64,000 nt of DNA from Balamuthia mandrillaris (taxonomy: Eukaryota), in assembly GCA_031835245.2 (NCBI GenBank), contig JAVKOQ020000032.1, forward strand, positions 1 through 64,000. Reading direction: 5' to 3'. Each line of letters begins with the position of its first letter. Position 1 is the stretch's first letter. Under the pieces are notes generated by a model. That model was not told where the DNA came from and did no database searches. It saw only the letters and a list, made by a program, of their open reading frames with translations. This document shows positions 1 through 11,950 of the stretch, one piece after another. The position numbers were made by a program, and so were the translations under genes.

Positions 1-3000
1 CCCGTTGGTTGCACCACCACCGCACTTTAGGGTTTTTATTTTGTTTGTTTGTTTGTTAGTTTGTTTGTTTGTTGGTAGCATTTCGTTGGTTGGTTGGTTT
101 GCATTGTAACTTAAGGCTCATATGTTTCCAGTTGCTGCTATTGGTAGCCCAGAGGCCGAAGCTGAGATCCTCAGCAAATTTAACCCCAGCAATCATGCGT
201 TCTTTTTAACCCTTTATCTCTCTTTTCTCTTTTCCTTTTGTCCATCATTGTTATTATGGTTATTGCTGTTGGGGTTATTGGTTTATTTTTTTTGTTTCCT
301 TGTGAGTAACTGAGCCTCTGTGTTTTTCTTTCTACCTACCAACCAACCAACCAACCAACCAACCAACCAACCAACCAACCAACCAACCAACCAACCAACC
401 AACCAACCAGACTCATGGAGAGTACATCTCAGGATAGGTGTCTTGAGCGGTAACACTCGCTTAGCCACACTGCAAGCCTTGCTAAAGGCAAAGCAAGCAG
501 CAGTCAATGCAGCAGCAGCGGCGGCAGCAAGTTCAGCATCGCTATCCCCTGCTGCTGCTGCTGCTGCTTCACTTGGCCTACCTTCATCATCGCAAGAGAG
601 CCCCATGCCTTCTGGTGGGACCATCAACAGCATTCTCTTCACTCCTCCTTCTACTCCACTGAGAACCACAGCTATTGTAGCTGCCTCGCCTACTAGCCCC
701 CCCTCTGCCTCTTCATCAGCTGCTGCTGCTGCTGCTGCTGCTGCCTCTTCTCCTCAGCAAAGGGTGGCAGCAAAGTTGTCGGACAGCGATCTTAACGCGG
801 TGTATCGTTCGGCTAGCGATGTAGTACGGCGTTATCAGCTCGCCGATGAGAACGGCGCATGGTTATCGCCACTTATGCCCATCTACGGTCGATATTTCAA
901 CATTATTCATCTACTGTCACTGCCGGTGCATCAGATTGTGTCCATGGTGGAAGACCCCAACACCAAAGTGAAGCCCCGAGAATGGTCATTTGCAGACACG
1001 TTGCTGAAACTGGCCAATGCCGTGCAACTATCAAAAACTGAGTATGTTCTTCTTTTTATTTATTTGTTTGTTTGTTTGTTTGTTTGTTTGTTTGTTTGTT
1101 TGTTTGTTTTTATATGGCCCTTGGTTATCTGACCTAACTACCTCTCAACTTACTGCTATGTGTATGTGTTGTGTTGTTGCATTGTCAGTGCAATGGATCA
1201 GATTCAAAGCAACAGGGCCTTGAAAGTGGCGCTTGCTGCTGCAGAACATATTTTCGATGAGGCCAAATCAAAGAAAAGCCTACCTCCACGGGAGACGCTC
1301 CCCTATTTTGTGCTCACCAAACAGGATTTGCCAGCAGCTCATGCGAAATCCTTTACACTCAACGCTTTTAGACAAGATCTCTCCCTGGTGGAGCATATGT
1401 CCATCGACGTTATTTCCCAACTGGCAGCAGAGAACCGGGGTCTCATTTCGAAAACCGACTTTCGTCTGCTGCACCCCTTGGCTCCAGCCATCCAGAAGCA
1501 GTTGGTGTTTTATTATTACATTCCCATGGTGGTCAGCCCTCCATCTGAAGTAAATACAGAGCTAAGCAAAACCTTTCTGAGGTTTTGTAGACGCAAGGTC
1601 CGTTTATCATTATCTGTTTGTTTGTTTGTTTGTTTGGTTGGTTGGTTGGTTGGTTGATTGTTTCAATTGGTGGGTGGGTGGGTGGAAGGAAAGTGCTAAC
1701 TCTCGCTTACTTTGGGTGGCTGCAGGCCCAAAACGAGGGAATCATCCAGGAATTGGGTGATATCGTGGCCAATGGCTTACGCTGCCATGGCAGCATCGTT
1801 GAAGGACCCTGGATCGTCAACGGTCTGGAAAATCCACGGTGGAAGTGGCTGGCGCAATCCATTCGCAAGGGTCATTGGGACGTGCTGCATCAGGCCGCTC
1901 TTGGTCTTGACCGTGGCAAAGAAGTCTTGCCGATGGATCCATCGCAACAACAACAACCGTTGGATGCGACTTCCTCCCAGTCCAGCAGCAGCAGCAGCAG
2001 CAGGTTTTATGAGACACCAACTGGAAGTTGGATCCGTAACCTCATTAACGCTGCAGTGTATAGCATTCTGAAGGAGATGCCCTCCTCGGATGAACGGCGC
2101 AACCGCAAAGGACGCGTTTTTCAGGGTTCCTTCACCCGGGAAGAACTGTTGTTAGTATATAGACAACTCCCTCTCGGCCTGCAGAAACTTTTCATGTTAT
2201 TACGGGCCAAAACTATCCAGTATGTTGCTCCTCTTTCGCTTGGTTGCTTGCTTGCTTGCAATGCAAGACATGTTATCCTTGCCACCTCTCTATATTCCCT
2301 TTGCCTGTTTACTCACTCGCTCGCCTCCTTGCTTGCTTGCTTGCTCATAGTGATAGCGCAACACACGAGGAGAATACCCGTTTGCCACCGCTGCGCCAAG
2401 AATGGTTGAACGAGTCATCTTTGGCAGATGCTCTAATGTCAGCTACCCCCTCAAAGCCAACAACGAGCAGCCATCGAACCAAAGTGCAACAAAAGGCGAT
2501 ATTAGCAGGAGGGGAAGAGGAGGAGGAAGAAGAAGAGGAAGAAGGTGAAGAGCAACAACAACAAGAAGAAGAAGCGGCAGTGATGGAGGAAGATCCAGAA
2601 GCCTTCTTATATCCCCCATTGGACGGCCAGCAATTAGAGCAAGCAGCCCGAACGGAAGCGATGGTAGAGAAACAGCATTCCGCCAAGGAAAAGTTGTTCC
2701 AATACCGTATGAAGCTAATCCATTATTGTCCTCCCTTTACGGTGCAAGAAGCCTTGGCAGAGAACGCGTTGAACTTTGCCAGTCTGAAATCCTTGAAAGG
2801 CATGCGCATTTCTACCAGCATCAACCTTTCTGGACCTTTGGAGGATGTCAAGCGGTTGATGCTTGCTGTTCGTCGCTGCTTGGTGAAGGAAGCGCAACAA
2901 CATAATACTCCGCTGGAGTTGGATCCTTTGGATAGAAAGCTCTGGAAGACACGCATTCGTCATCCGGTTCGTTCTCAGCTGGAGCGAGTGTGGCCGCACA

Positions 3001-3393
3001 TCACACTGGAAAAATCCAGCAAACCTGAGCGACGGCGAAGCAAAAGCAAAAGCAAAAGCAGCAGCAGCAGCAGCAGCAGCAGCAAAAGCAAGAACAAGAG
3101 TAAAGCTAGCAGCAGCTCTGCTACCACTAAAGTGCCTGCAGACCAGTTATACAATGCAGCTGCTATTGTGCATGTAAAGGACTTGCCTGAGCTGGATGCT
3201 ATATCACCACTCGCGGCTGATTGGTAAGTTGTTTGTTTATTTGTTTGTTTGTTTGTTTCATAGGAAAGGAACAATTCACCACTCTCTACCAACCTCCTCC
3301 CATTTACTCGCTTTTTAACTTTTTGTCTTTCTTTCTCTCTCTTTTTCTCTTTCTTTCTCTCTCTTTATTTCTCTCTCTTTATTTCTCTCTCTT

Positions 3394-3431
<38 letters not shown>

Positions 3432-5173
3432 TCTCTCTCTCTCTTTCTCTTTCTCTTTCTGTCATTCTCCAGGGATTTACAATATGTGGATCAATTGGAT
3501 AACAAAACATGGCAGCCTATCCATACCACCTCTACCCAAGTCGGCAATACAGAAATGAAGAGGGAGAAGCATCGTGCCAAACGCCATTCTGTTAGGCACC
3601 AAAAAGCCATGGACAAGCTGGCTCAGAAGAGCAGTGAGCTGCAGCAAGACATCTCTGTCGATGCCAGCCCCTGTATAGACTTGACAGAGTTTTTTGGGCC
3701 TGACCTTCGCTCTTTTGCTGCTGTAGACCAGAGTAGTTTGGATGATGCGGAGTTTAATCTCGATGATGGCAGTATCCTGGGTGGTGGTGGTGGTGGTGGT
3801 GGTGGTGGTGGAAGTGGTAGTGGAAATGCTACCTCAGCTGGTGTGTTCGTAGACACAATGGACCTAGCAGCAACAGCAGAAACAGCGCAGCAACAACCAA
3901 GCTCAACAAAGCGCCCAAGAGCTATGTCCTCTTCTGCCTCTTCCTCTCCTGTGACAAGCAAGAAGCCACGGAAAGCGGATGATGATCAACTGTTGTTGGA
4001 AAAAAAGAAAAAAAAGCAACAACAGAAGCAGAAACAGAAGGACAAGGAGAAGCAGAAGCAGAAGCAGAAGCAACAGCAGAAAAAGAAGAAGAAGGAGAAA
4101 GAGAAGGAGAAGGAGAAGCAGAAGCAGAAGCAGAAGCAAAAGCAACAACAGAAAAAGAAAGAGAAGGAGAAGGAGAAGGAACAGGAGAAGGAGAAGCAGA
4201 AACAACAGCAGAAAAAGAAACAAAAGAAGACTGCCACCGAGTCAGAGGAGTCCGAAGCCTCATCCGCATCAGAGGCATCAGATAAGTCGGAGGAGTTTGA
4301 GGCCTCATCTGAGTCAGAGGCATCAGATAAGTCAGTGGAGTCAGGCAAGTCAGAGGAAGAGGAGGAAGAGGAGGAAGAGAAGGAGGAGGAGGAGGAGGAA
4401 GAACCCAAGAAGACAGAGAAGCTTGCAACTTCCACCAAGTCTACTGCTCCTAGCATCAGCAGTAACAGCAGCAGCAGCAGCAGCTCCTCAGATGATGATG
4501 ATGATGAGATTGCCAGTCTCATGAGCCTTGATATCACTAATGTAGCAGGTAAGAGGCGCTCACGTTTGGTGTTACTTACAACAACTCACATATGCACTAA
4601 CCACACTTGCTGGCATGCATGTATACATGCATGCATGCAGATACACGTGATGGTGCTGGAGATAGCAAAACAAAGTCAGATATTCCCAACCAGACAGCTC
4701 CTTCAACAGCTGCGATGGTGGATAAAGATATTGATGATTCCATACTGAGTGTTGGAATGTATGTATTTTTATTTCATTTGTCCATTCGAGTTTGGTTCTC
4801 TATCTGTCCGTCTGTCTGTCCATCTGTCCGTCAGTTTTTCTACTAGCTTTGTGTTTTGTCTCTCTTTTGTTGGTTTACTCGTTTTCTGTTTGTTTGTTTG
4901 TTTGTTTGTTTGTTTGTTTGTTTGTTTGTTTGTTTGTCCTCTTCCTCGTGGTGTTTTTTTTTTGGGCTTTTCAGTTGCAATTCTATGCTTATACAGTGGC
5001 GCTCCGTCGGAGCGGCAGCTTTTTAACTCCAGTTTTGTTCTTATTATTATTTGTATTTCTTGTTGGTTGTCTTTTTGGTGTTGATTGTTTAGCGCTCCAG
5101 CGGAGCGCTATCTTTTTGGAGTTTGTTTGCACTGTTATGCCTTTGTGATTTCTCATTCAAGCCTTACTGATTT

Positions 5174-5205
<32 letters not shown>

Positions 5206-5631
5206 CTAGTATCAAAAAAACCTGCTAATGGCCCAGAGAAACAAGCAGCAGCAGCAGCAGCACAAAATGAAGAAGAGGAGGAGGAGGAAGAAGAACAAGA
5301 AGAAGAAGAAGAAGAAGAAGAAGAAGAAGAAGAAGAAGAAAAAGAAAAAGAAAAAGAAGAAGAAAAAGAAAAAGAAGAACCAAAAGCAGCAGAAGCAGAA
5401 GCTGGCGAAAAAGAAGCAGAAAAACAGAAAGAAGAGGAAAACACAAGTGCTACTAAGAGCCCTAGCAGCAAATCTACGCGCAAGGCTGCAGCTGCTGCTC
5501 AAAAGGCTATTGCTACTGCTGCTGCCAAGTCATCTTTGCAAAGAGCTGCTGCTGCCGTGGCTGCCTCATCTAGCAGTAGCAGCAGAAAAGGAGCCACAAC
5601 TCGTTCACAACGCCGTAACTCAGGCAGGTGA
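1..5631 (+). pseudogene. Large multi-exon gene of the YR element (ParB-like motif; K/E/S-rich C-terminus), 5' end outside the window
   Basis: Phase-consistent GT-AG exons: <1-31, 116-~198, 411-1041, 1189-1597, 1726-2219, 2357-3223, 3473-4548, 4641-~4758, 5210-5631 (TGA). The ~198/411 junction phase is unresolved. A 5-bp deletion at ~4748 relative to copy B (TAGAC) shifts the frame before the last exon. Confidence 0.6.
338..408 (+). repeat. (ACCA)n microsatellite in intron
   Basis: Directly visible tandem tetramer. Similar (GTTT)n, (CT)n and (ATCT)n tracts fill most introns in the window. Confidence 0.95.
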
Positions 5632-5696
5632 TCTCTTCCTCTTTTTCGTTATATTAGTTTGGTTGTTTGAGAGAAAGCTTGAGTTAGTTGATTGGT

Positions 5697-7322
5697 ACAA
5701 CGACAACAACAACTACAACAACAATCATTAGAAAGGACGACCTCTTCTTCTTCTTCTTTTTCTTCTTCTTCTGCTTTTTCTTCTTCTTCTTCTTCTTCTT
5801 GTTCTCCTTCTTCTCCTCCTCCTTCTTCTTCTTCTTCTCTCCCTTCTTCTCCTCCTTCTTCTTCTTCTTCTTCATCTTCTTCATCTTCTTCTTCTTCTTC
5901 TTTGTGTTCTTCTTCTTCTTCTTCTTCTTCTTCTTCTTCTTCTTTTTCTTTTTCTTCTTCTTCTGCTTTTTCTTCTTCTTCTTCTTCTTCAAATTCAGAG
6001 TCCTTTGTCTTTGAGAACAATGATGGTGATGTTATGGATAGCGGTGATGACAGTAATTTATCATCATCATCATCATCATCATCATCCTCATTAAGAGGAA
6101 GAAGAGGAGGAGTAGAAACAGATATAGATGCAACAAGCAAAACAACAACTCCACCAACATTGATAGATTTGTTGTTGTTAACTGAAGACGAAGAAGAAGA
6201 TGAAGAAGAACAAAAAGAAGAAAAACAAGGAAAAAAGAGAAAAATAGAGAAACAACAAAATAGAGCTAGAACAAAGGATGATACTGATGACGATACTACA
6301 CATGATAGCAGTAGTAGTAATGGTGGTGGTGATGGTGGAGGAAGACGTCTTTCTCGTGCTATCACATTGATGAACCGTTTGACAGAAGAGCGGTGGACAG
6401 AGTTGACGGCAGTGACGAGTCGATGGAGCCCTTCTACCCAACGTAAACATGCCTGGACTTTGGCCATCTGGGAAGCACATTGTGGGCATCATAAATGTTT
6501 GCCAGCTCTTCCTTTGAATCTCCAACGTCATAACGTAGGAGCCTTTGTTCAATGGTTGATTTTGGATGTGGGTTATGCCTTGAGCTCTGTGCGCGATGTC
6601 ATGATTGCCAGTCTTTATCGTTTGCATGATGAAAGTATCCAACAACAGCTTGACTCCCTTTCTGCATCCTCCTCCTTCTCCTCTTCCTCCTCCTCCTCCT
6701 CCTCCTCCTCTGTTTCCTCCATGATCTCTTCGTCTCCAGCATCATCATCACCTACCACTTCTCCTCCTCCTTCTCCTTTATGCAGAACCATTCTTGGTGA
6801 TGGTGTCACTTGAGCAGCCACAACAGGAGCGACAGGACGCACTACAGCATTGACGGCAACCTCAGACCATGCTTACTTGTTGTTGCTAAAAAACCAAATG
6901 GATGCCATCAAAGATCAAGTCAAACAGGCCATTCGGCATTGCAAAAGAGCCAAACCCTCCTGTTCTAGCAAACAATTGTGCAAAGACGCATGTTTGTTAG
7001 ATGATGTCTTACATATCATCGCATCCACTCCAGATGGACTGGTGAGCAAAGCTGGTGAAGCCAGTTGTTGGTTACACAGTGTTTGTACTGGTGCCAGAGC
7101 CATTACAGCTGCAAACATTCGTTTGGGTGATATTGTGGCATTTCGACCTAAACTTTCATCCTCCTCTTCCAACAACAACAACAATGGCAACCTCAGCTGC
7201 CATCACCAAGAGGATGCATTTTCTGCTCCTCCTCTTTATTTCCTTTCGTTGCGCCAACAAGTCACCAAAGGAATACCAAATCATTGGAATCATGTCGTTA
7301 CATTTGAAGGTTATTTAACACC

Positions 7323-7354
<32 letters not shown>

Positions 7355-8347
7355 TATCATCACGAGGATCATCTTCTTCACCATCACCATCATCATTATC
7401 ATCACCACTTAGCACCGTCACTGCTACGACCTCCGCTGCCGCCGCTGCCACCACCGCCGCCGCCACATCAACAACATCAACACCAAGCATTTGTCTTGGA
7501 GATTTTATTTACTGGTTAAACAAGCATCTGTTATGCAAGCATGGTTTGGATTTGCGCGAGTTTCACAACTGGCGCTTAACGGATGCACAAAAACAAACAT
7601 CATTATGGGGATGGTCACGCGATACTTTAAATGCCAAGTTGCAAGATCGGGCTGTTCGGGCTGGTTATCCTGAAGGATTGTTTTCCTTTCACTCCTTGCG
7701 TGCTGGCTTCCTTTGCACTGCCTTGATCTTGGAGGGACTGCAGGAAGGTCACAGTCAGAACAATGTACTGGATACTACTGCCCTTATCGCAGGTTGGGTA
7801 CCTCGTGGTAGATCCCAGCAAGTCTACGTCAAGGATACATTAAAACGTGCTATTGTGGCCAATCGCTTGGTCAGCAATGTTACTACTCATCCTCATTCTT
7901 CTTCTTCTTCTTCTTCTTCTTCTTCTTCTTCGTCATCTTCATCCTCTGTTGCAACTACCACTGCTGATTATCATCCTCCTCGACATTGCGGTTCGTTACT
8001 GCTCATCTGATTTTTGTTTTTTCTTTTGTTTTTTCTTTGGCTGGGCTGGCTGCCTGACCAGCGTCAATAAACCACTACCACCATCACCACCACCATCACC
8101 ACTACCACTTGATGGACTGACTTGCTCTCTTTTTGGTTCTTTTCATCCTCACTCCCTTGCATGCATACAGTTATTGCGCCAGAGCTAGTTACCAAAGAAG
8201 CATTTCACAATCTATCCCCAGATGCTTTGCAACAATCCAACTGGTCTGCAGATACCAACTATCAGAGTTTTATTCATGCTGTTCGCCAACGGTTTGTTTG
8301 TGTGTTGTTTGTTTGTTTTGTTTGCATAGTATCCACCACCATCACCA

Positions 8348-8403
<56 letters not shown>

Positions 8404-9581
8404 TTATTTATCTATCCAGTCAGTCATGGCTTGTTTGTTTGCTTGCTTGCTTGCATTCAAAAATGCACCCTTAGACCTAGCGCTCAGCTAGAACGCACAG
8501 GTTTATTGTGGCAGCAGCAACATTCATAGTCTAAACAATAATTGTTATGATTGGTCTTGGTTCATTTGTTCTTCTTTTGGCATTCACTCACACTTTGTTT
8601 TTTGTCTCTTTTCCCTTTTTCTTTCTTTCCCTCTTTCTTTCTCTCGCTTTCTCTTTCTCTTTCTCTTGTTCTTTCTTTCTTTCTCGCTTTCTCTTTCTTC
8701 GTTTACACTGCTTCTTTAGGTGGTTCATGAAACAAACAGATTTGCCAACCAAAGATCAACAAATACGATTTTATCGCTCCTTGTGGCTTGAATGTTGTAC
8801 CGCTTGGGTAGAAAATCATCCAGATGAGTTTGATAAGGATGTGCTAGCTGAAGCTGCAGCCACCTATAAGGCCAAAAACAAATCCCCTCTTCGTTGGCCC
8901 AATATTCATCGCCAGCTGTGCCGTCAACACATCTCTGGCATTCTACAAAGCTTTTTCAGTGGCTTGAATGAGCTGGTGGATGAGTTTGTAGCTCCTATAC
9001 TTCCCAAGTTGGTCAATGGATCGCCCATTCACAAAGCATTCCTCACCCCTCGTCAAGAGCAATCATCTTCCTCACTTGCTTCTCTCGACAATGACAATGA
9101 CAAGAGTCCTGACTCAAAAAAACAAACACCACGACGACAACAACTTCGCAGAGCACTTCAGCGACAACAATTGTTATCCAGTCGACTCAAATATCGGAAG
9201 AATGGCCATCAGCAACGAATCGCTTGGCAGGCACCAGAAATCCGTAGACTTGTCACTTGGTGCTTGCGTGATGAATGGTCTTGGTTGGAGATTGCCAAAC
9301 ACTTGCCTACCCAACGTCGAACCAACAATGATTGCTATGATAAATGGCGCAATCTCCTCACAGAATTCTCCAACAATCTGGACGCTTTGAAGGCCAAATA
9401 CTTGGTGGCCCACGATGAGGACTTTGACAAATCGGATGATGATGATAATGACAACACTTCCTCCCCATCATCATCTCCTACTTCTACTACCACTACAGTT
9501 ATATCCATCTTGGATGAAGAGGAAGAGACAGAGGAGAATGATGATGATGATGATGATGATATTATGATTATATCTTGTTAG
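5697..9581 (+). pseudogene. Tyrosine recombinase-Myb fusion, copy A (one in-frame TGA at 6811; 5' part deleted)
   Basis: N-terminal core-binding-like segment WSPSTQRKHAWTLAIWEAHC. Catalytic set: TGAR (R), VTKG (K), HSLRAGF (HxxR), AGW, QQVY (Y). Introns 7991-8170 and 8292-8719 are phase-consistent. C-terminal Myb W-x-W-x-DKWRNL at 9225-9359. Confidence 0.8.
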
Positions 9582-9731
9582 ATTATATAGTCATTCCTAT
9601 ACAAAAATTGAAAAAATTGCTACTTTGACCCACTTTATCCGTTAGACTTATAGACTTAGAGTTTTATAGAATGGACCATGGGGAGTTGAATGCCGTAGGT
9701 TCTGAGTACCCGCCCCTAACCCTACCAAAGT

Positions 9732-11939
9732 GTGGAAGAACATATCAAGCACCTTATCTGTGTTATCCTCACTCTCACTGCTGCGGGACTCCATATCTGT
9801 CGGGAGAAGTGTCAGTTCGGGTACAAACGCCTCTGCATCCTCGGTTTTATCATTGATTGCAGCAATATCCTTCCTGACCAATGCAAGCTCTCCACTTTCG
9901 CACTCCTAGAAGTACCATCCACTGGCAAGCAAATGCAATCCTTCCTTGGCTTTGCAGGCTACCTCTGCGACTTCATCCCCATGTTCGCCCAACTTGTTCG
10001 GCCCCTTGACGCCCTCCGGTACATCAAGGACGTCCGTCCCCATTGGAACCAAGACTGCCAGGACGCCTTTGACGCCCTCAAGCGCATCTTATCCAACCCA
10101 CCTGTGCTCTCTCTCTATGACCCATCCTTACCTCTTTTGGTTGGCACTGATGCCTCCCAATTCGGTGTTGGCGCCGTCCTTTACCAGATCGGACCCAACA
10201 ACAAGCACCAGTACATCATGTTTGCAAGCAAGGCCCTCAACCCTGCCCAACACAACTATCCTGCCACCAAACGTGAGATGCTCGCCATTCTCTTTGCCGT
10301 CCGCTCCTTCAGCGATTGGCTCTATGGCAACAAGTTCACGATCTATTCTGATCACAAGGCTTTGTCCTACCTCTTCACTTCTAACAGTAAGAACTACACC
10401 CTCAACTATTGGGCTCTCCTCATCTCAGAGTACAACTTCAAGATCATCCACCACCCTGGCGTTCACATGATTCTTGAGGACTGCCTCTCTCGGCTGTACC
10501 CGCGCTCCTTCTGGGACAACGGTGGTCTTACACCCCCCTCCATCCCTCTGGACGCCCCTTGCTTGCCTCAGCGCAAACCTCGTGACCTCAAGGCTCTTGC
10601 TTTGGTTGACAACTCCCCATCCACAGCCAAATCCGCTCTTAACAGGCACATCAAGGGCAGACTCAACAAGCAACTCCCTTCCACCTCTGAACGAAAACGC
10701 CTCCTGCAGCTGTTCCACACAGAAGGACATCACGGAGCAGAAACCTTGTTCATCAAGATCTGGAATGAAGGCTATTATTGGCCTACTCTTCGTGCTGACT
10801 GTTCCCGCACTTGCCTACAGTGCAACGACTGCCTTAAGCACAACGTCACCAAACACGGCTTTCATCCCCTCAAAACCATCCACGCTACTTACCCCTTTGA
10901 TCACGTCGCCATTGATCTGTTTGGTCCCCTTCCCACTTCTTCCAAAGGCTTCAACTACGTTCTGGTCACCACAGACATCGCTACCCGGTTCACTTCCCTC
11001 CGCCCAGTCCACGCCAAGACTGCCAAAGATGTGGCCCGCACCCTCTATCAAGTCATCTCTGATTTCGGTCTCCCTAAGATCCTTCAGTCAGACAACGGCA
11101 CTGAGTTCGTCAACGCGGTCATCAAAGCTCTCAAGACACTCTCTGGCTTTGAGCATCAGTTCATCTCAGCCTATCATCCTCGAGCTAACAGAGCTGCAGA
11201 AAGCCATGTCAAGCTGGCCTGCAACACCCTTAACAAGCTCATTAACAGTGATTGGTCTCACTGGCACACCTTTCTTCCTGCTGCCCAATATGCAATCAAC
11301 CAACGCGTTACTCATCGCCACAAGTCTTCCCCTTTCCAACTGTTCTTTGGTCGCCCAGCTACCACTCCACAAGACTATTCTTCTTCCTCTTCCCAGCTTC
11401 CTACCGAAACCCTCCTCTTGGAGAACGCCAAGCAAATGCATGATATTGTCTACCCAGCATCAGCATCTTCTACTCGGAAGCACAGTTCTAACATCAAGGC
11501 TCAACATGATTCTTCTAAGCCACTCCGCGAATTTTCCGCTGGCTCCAAAGTCATGCTACGCAAGCCTCCCAGGTCTCCCAAGTCTCTTCCTGAATACTCT
11601 GGCCCTTATACAGTCATCCGCTGCAATCGTGGTGGTGCATACCTCCTCCAGGATAGCACTGGCGTTACCCTCCCGGACAAGTTCAGCCCCAACCAGCTGA
11701 AGCTCATTGCCCCCCCAGAGGACTCTACTACCAATGACCTCCCACCCGATGAGTATGAAATAGACGAAATCCTTGATCACAAAGGCCCAGCCAATAAGCG
11801 TGAATACTTTGTTCACTGGAAAGGCTACCCACATTCTGATAACCAATGGATCCCTGCTAAAGATGTCCATGCTCCCAAACTCGTCAAACGTTATTGGGAC
11901 CTCCTCAAACAATCCTCTTCACCTTCTACTTCTTCTTAA
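9732..11939 (+). CDS. pol: Gypsy Pol fragment: RT C-terminus, RNase H, integrase, chromodomain
   Basis: EEHIKHL..EKCQFG; RNase H TDASQFGVGAVL / YSDHKAL; HHCC zinc finger; integrase IDLFGP, SDNGTEF; chromodomain YEIDEILDHK..YFVHWKGY. Confidence 0.93.
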   Translation: MEEHIKHLICVILTLTAAGLHICREKCQFGYKRLCILGFIIDCSNILPDQCKLSTFALLEVPSTGKQMQSFLGFAGYLCDFIPMFAQLVRPLDALRYIKDVRPHWNQDCQDAFDALKRILSNPPVLSLYDPSLPLLVGTDASQFGVGAVLYQIGPNNKHQYIMFASKALNPAQHNYPATKREMLAILFAVRSFSDWLYGNKFTIYSDHKALSYLFTSNSKNYTLNYWALLISEYNFKIIHHPGVHMILEDCLSRLYPRSFWDNGGLTPPSIPLDAPCLPQRKPRDLKALALVDNSPSTAKSALNRHIKGRLNKQLPSTSERKRLLQLFHTEGHHGAETLFIKIWNEGYYWPTLRADCSRTCLQCNDCLKHNVTKHGFHPLKTIHATYPFDHVAIDLFGPLPTSSKGFNYVLVTTDIATRFTSLRPVHAKTAKDVARTLYQVISDFGLPKILQSDNGTEFVNAVIKALKTLSGFEHQFISAYHPRANRAAESHVKLACNTLNKLINSDWSHWHTFLPAAQYAINQRVTHRHKSSPFQLFFGRPATTPQDYSSSSSQLPTETLLLENAKQMHDIVYPASASSTRKHSSNIKAQHDSSKPLREFSAGSKVMLRKPPRSPKSLPEYSGPYTVIRCNRGGAYLLQDSTGVTLPDKFSPNQLKLIAPPEDSTTNDLPPDEYEIDEILDHKGPANKREYFVHWKGYPHSDNQWIPAKDVHAPKLVKRYWDLLKQSSSPSTSS

Positions 11940-11950
11940 GAGGGGGAGTA

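Larger units (their letters stand above)
1..9720 (+). mobile_element. Putative tyrosine-recombinase DNA element, copy A (left end outside the window)
   Basis: ~3396-9720 is near-identical to 12186-25100 once the Gypsy insertion and a ~1-kb indel are removed. Homology stops abruptly after CGCCCCTAAC (9720 vs 25100). The unit carries a YR gene. Confidence 0.7.

Noticed and set aside
26..32. TTTAGGG as the telomere-like left end of the element
   Set aside because: It coincides with an in-phase exon end and GT donor (31/32); the gene continues upstream of the window.
3903..6014. Many poly-Lys/Phe/Leu ORFs in the ORF track
   Set aside because: They are alternative-frame readings of (GAA)n/(TCT)n microsatellites.
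5697..11939. YR next to RT/RNase H read as a DIRS/Ngaro retrotransposon
   Set aside because: The RT belongs to a Gypsy with its own DDE integrase and LTR, the second YR copy is followed by a different RT, and the YR gene has introns.
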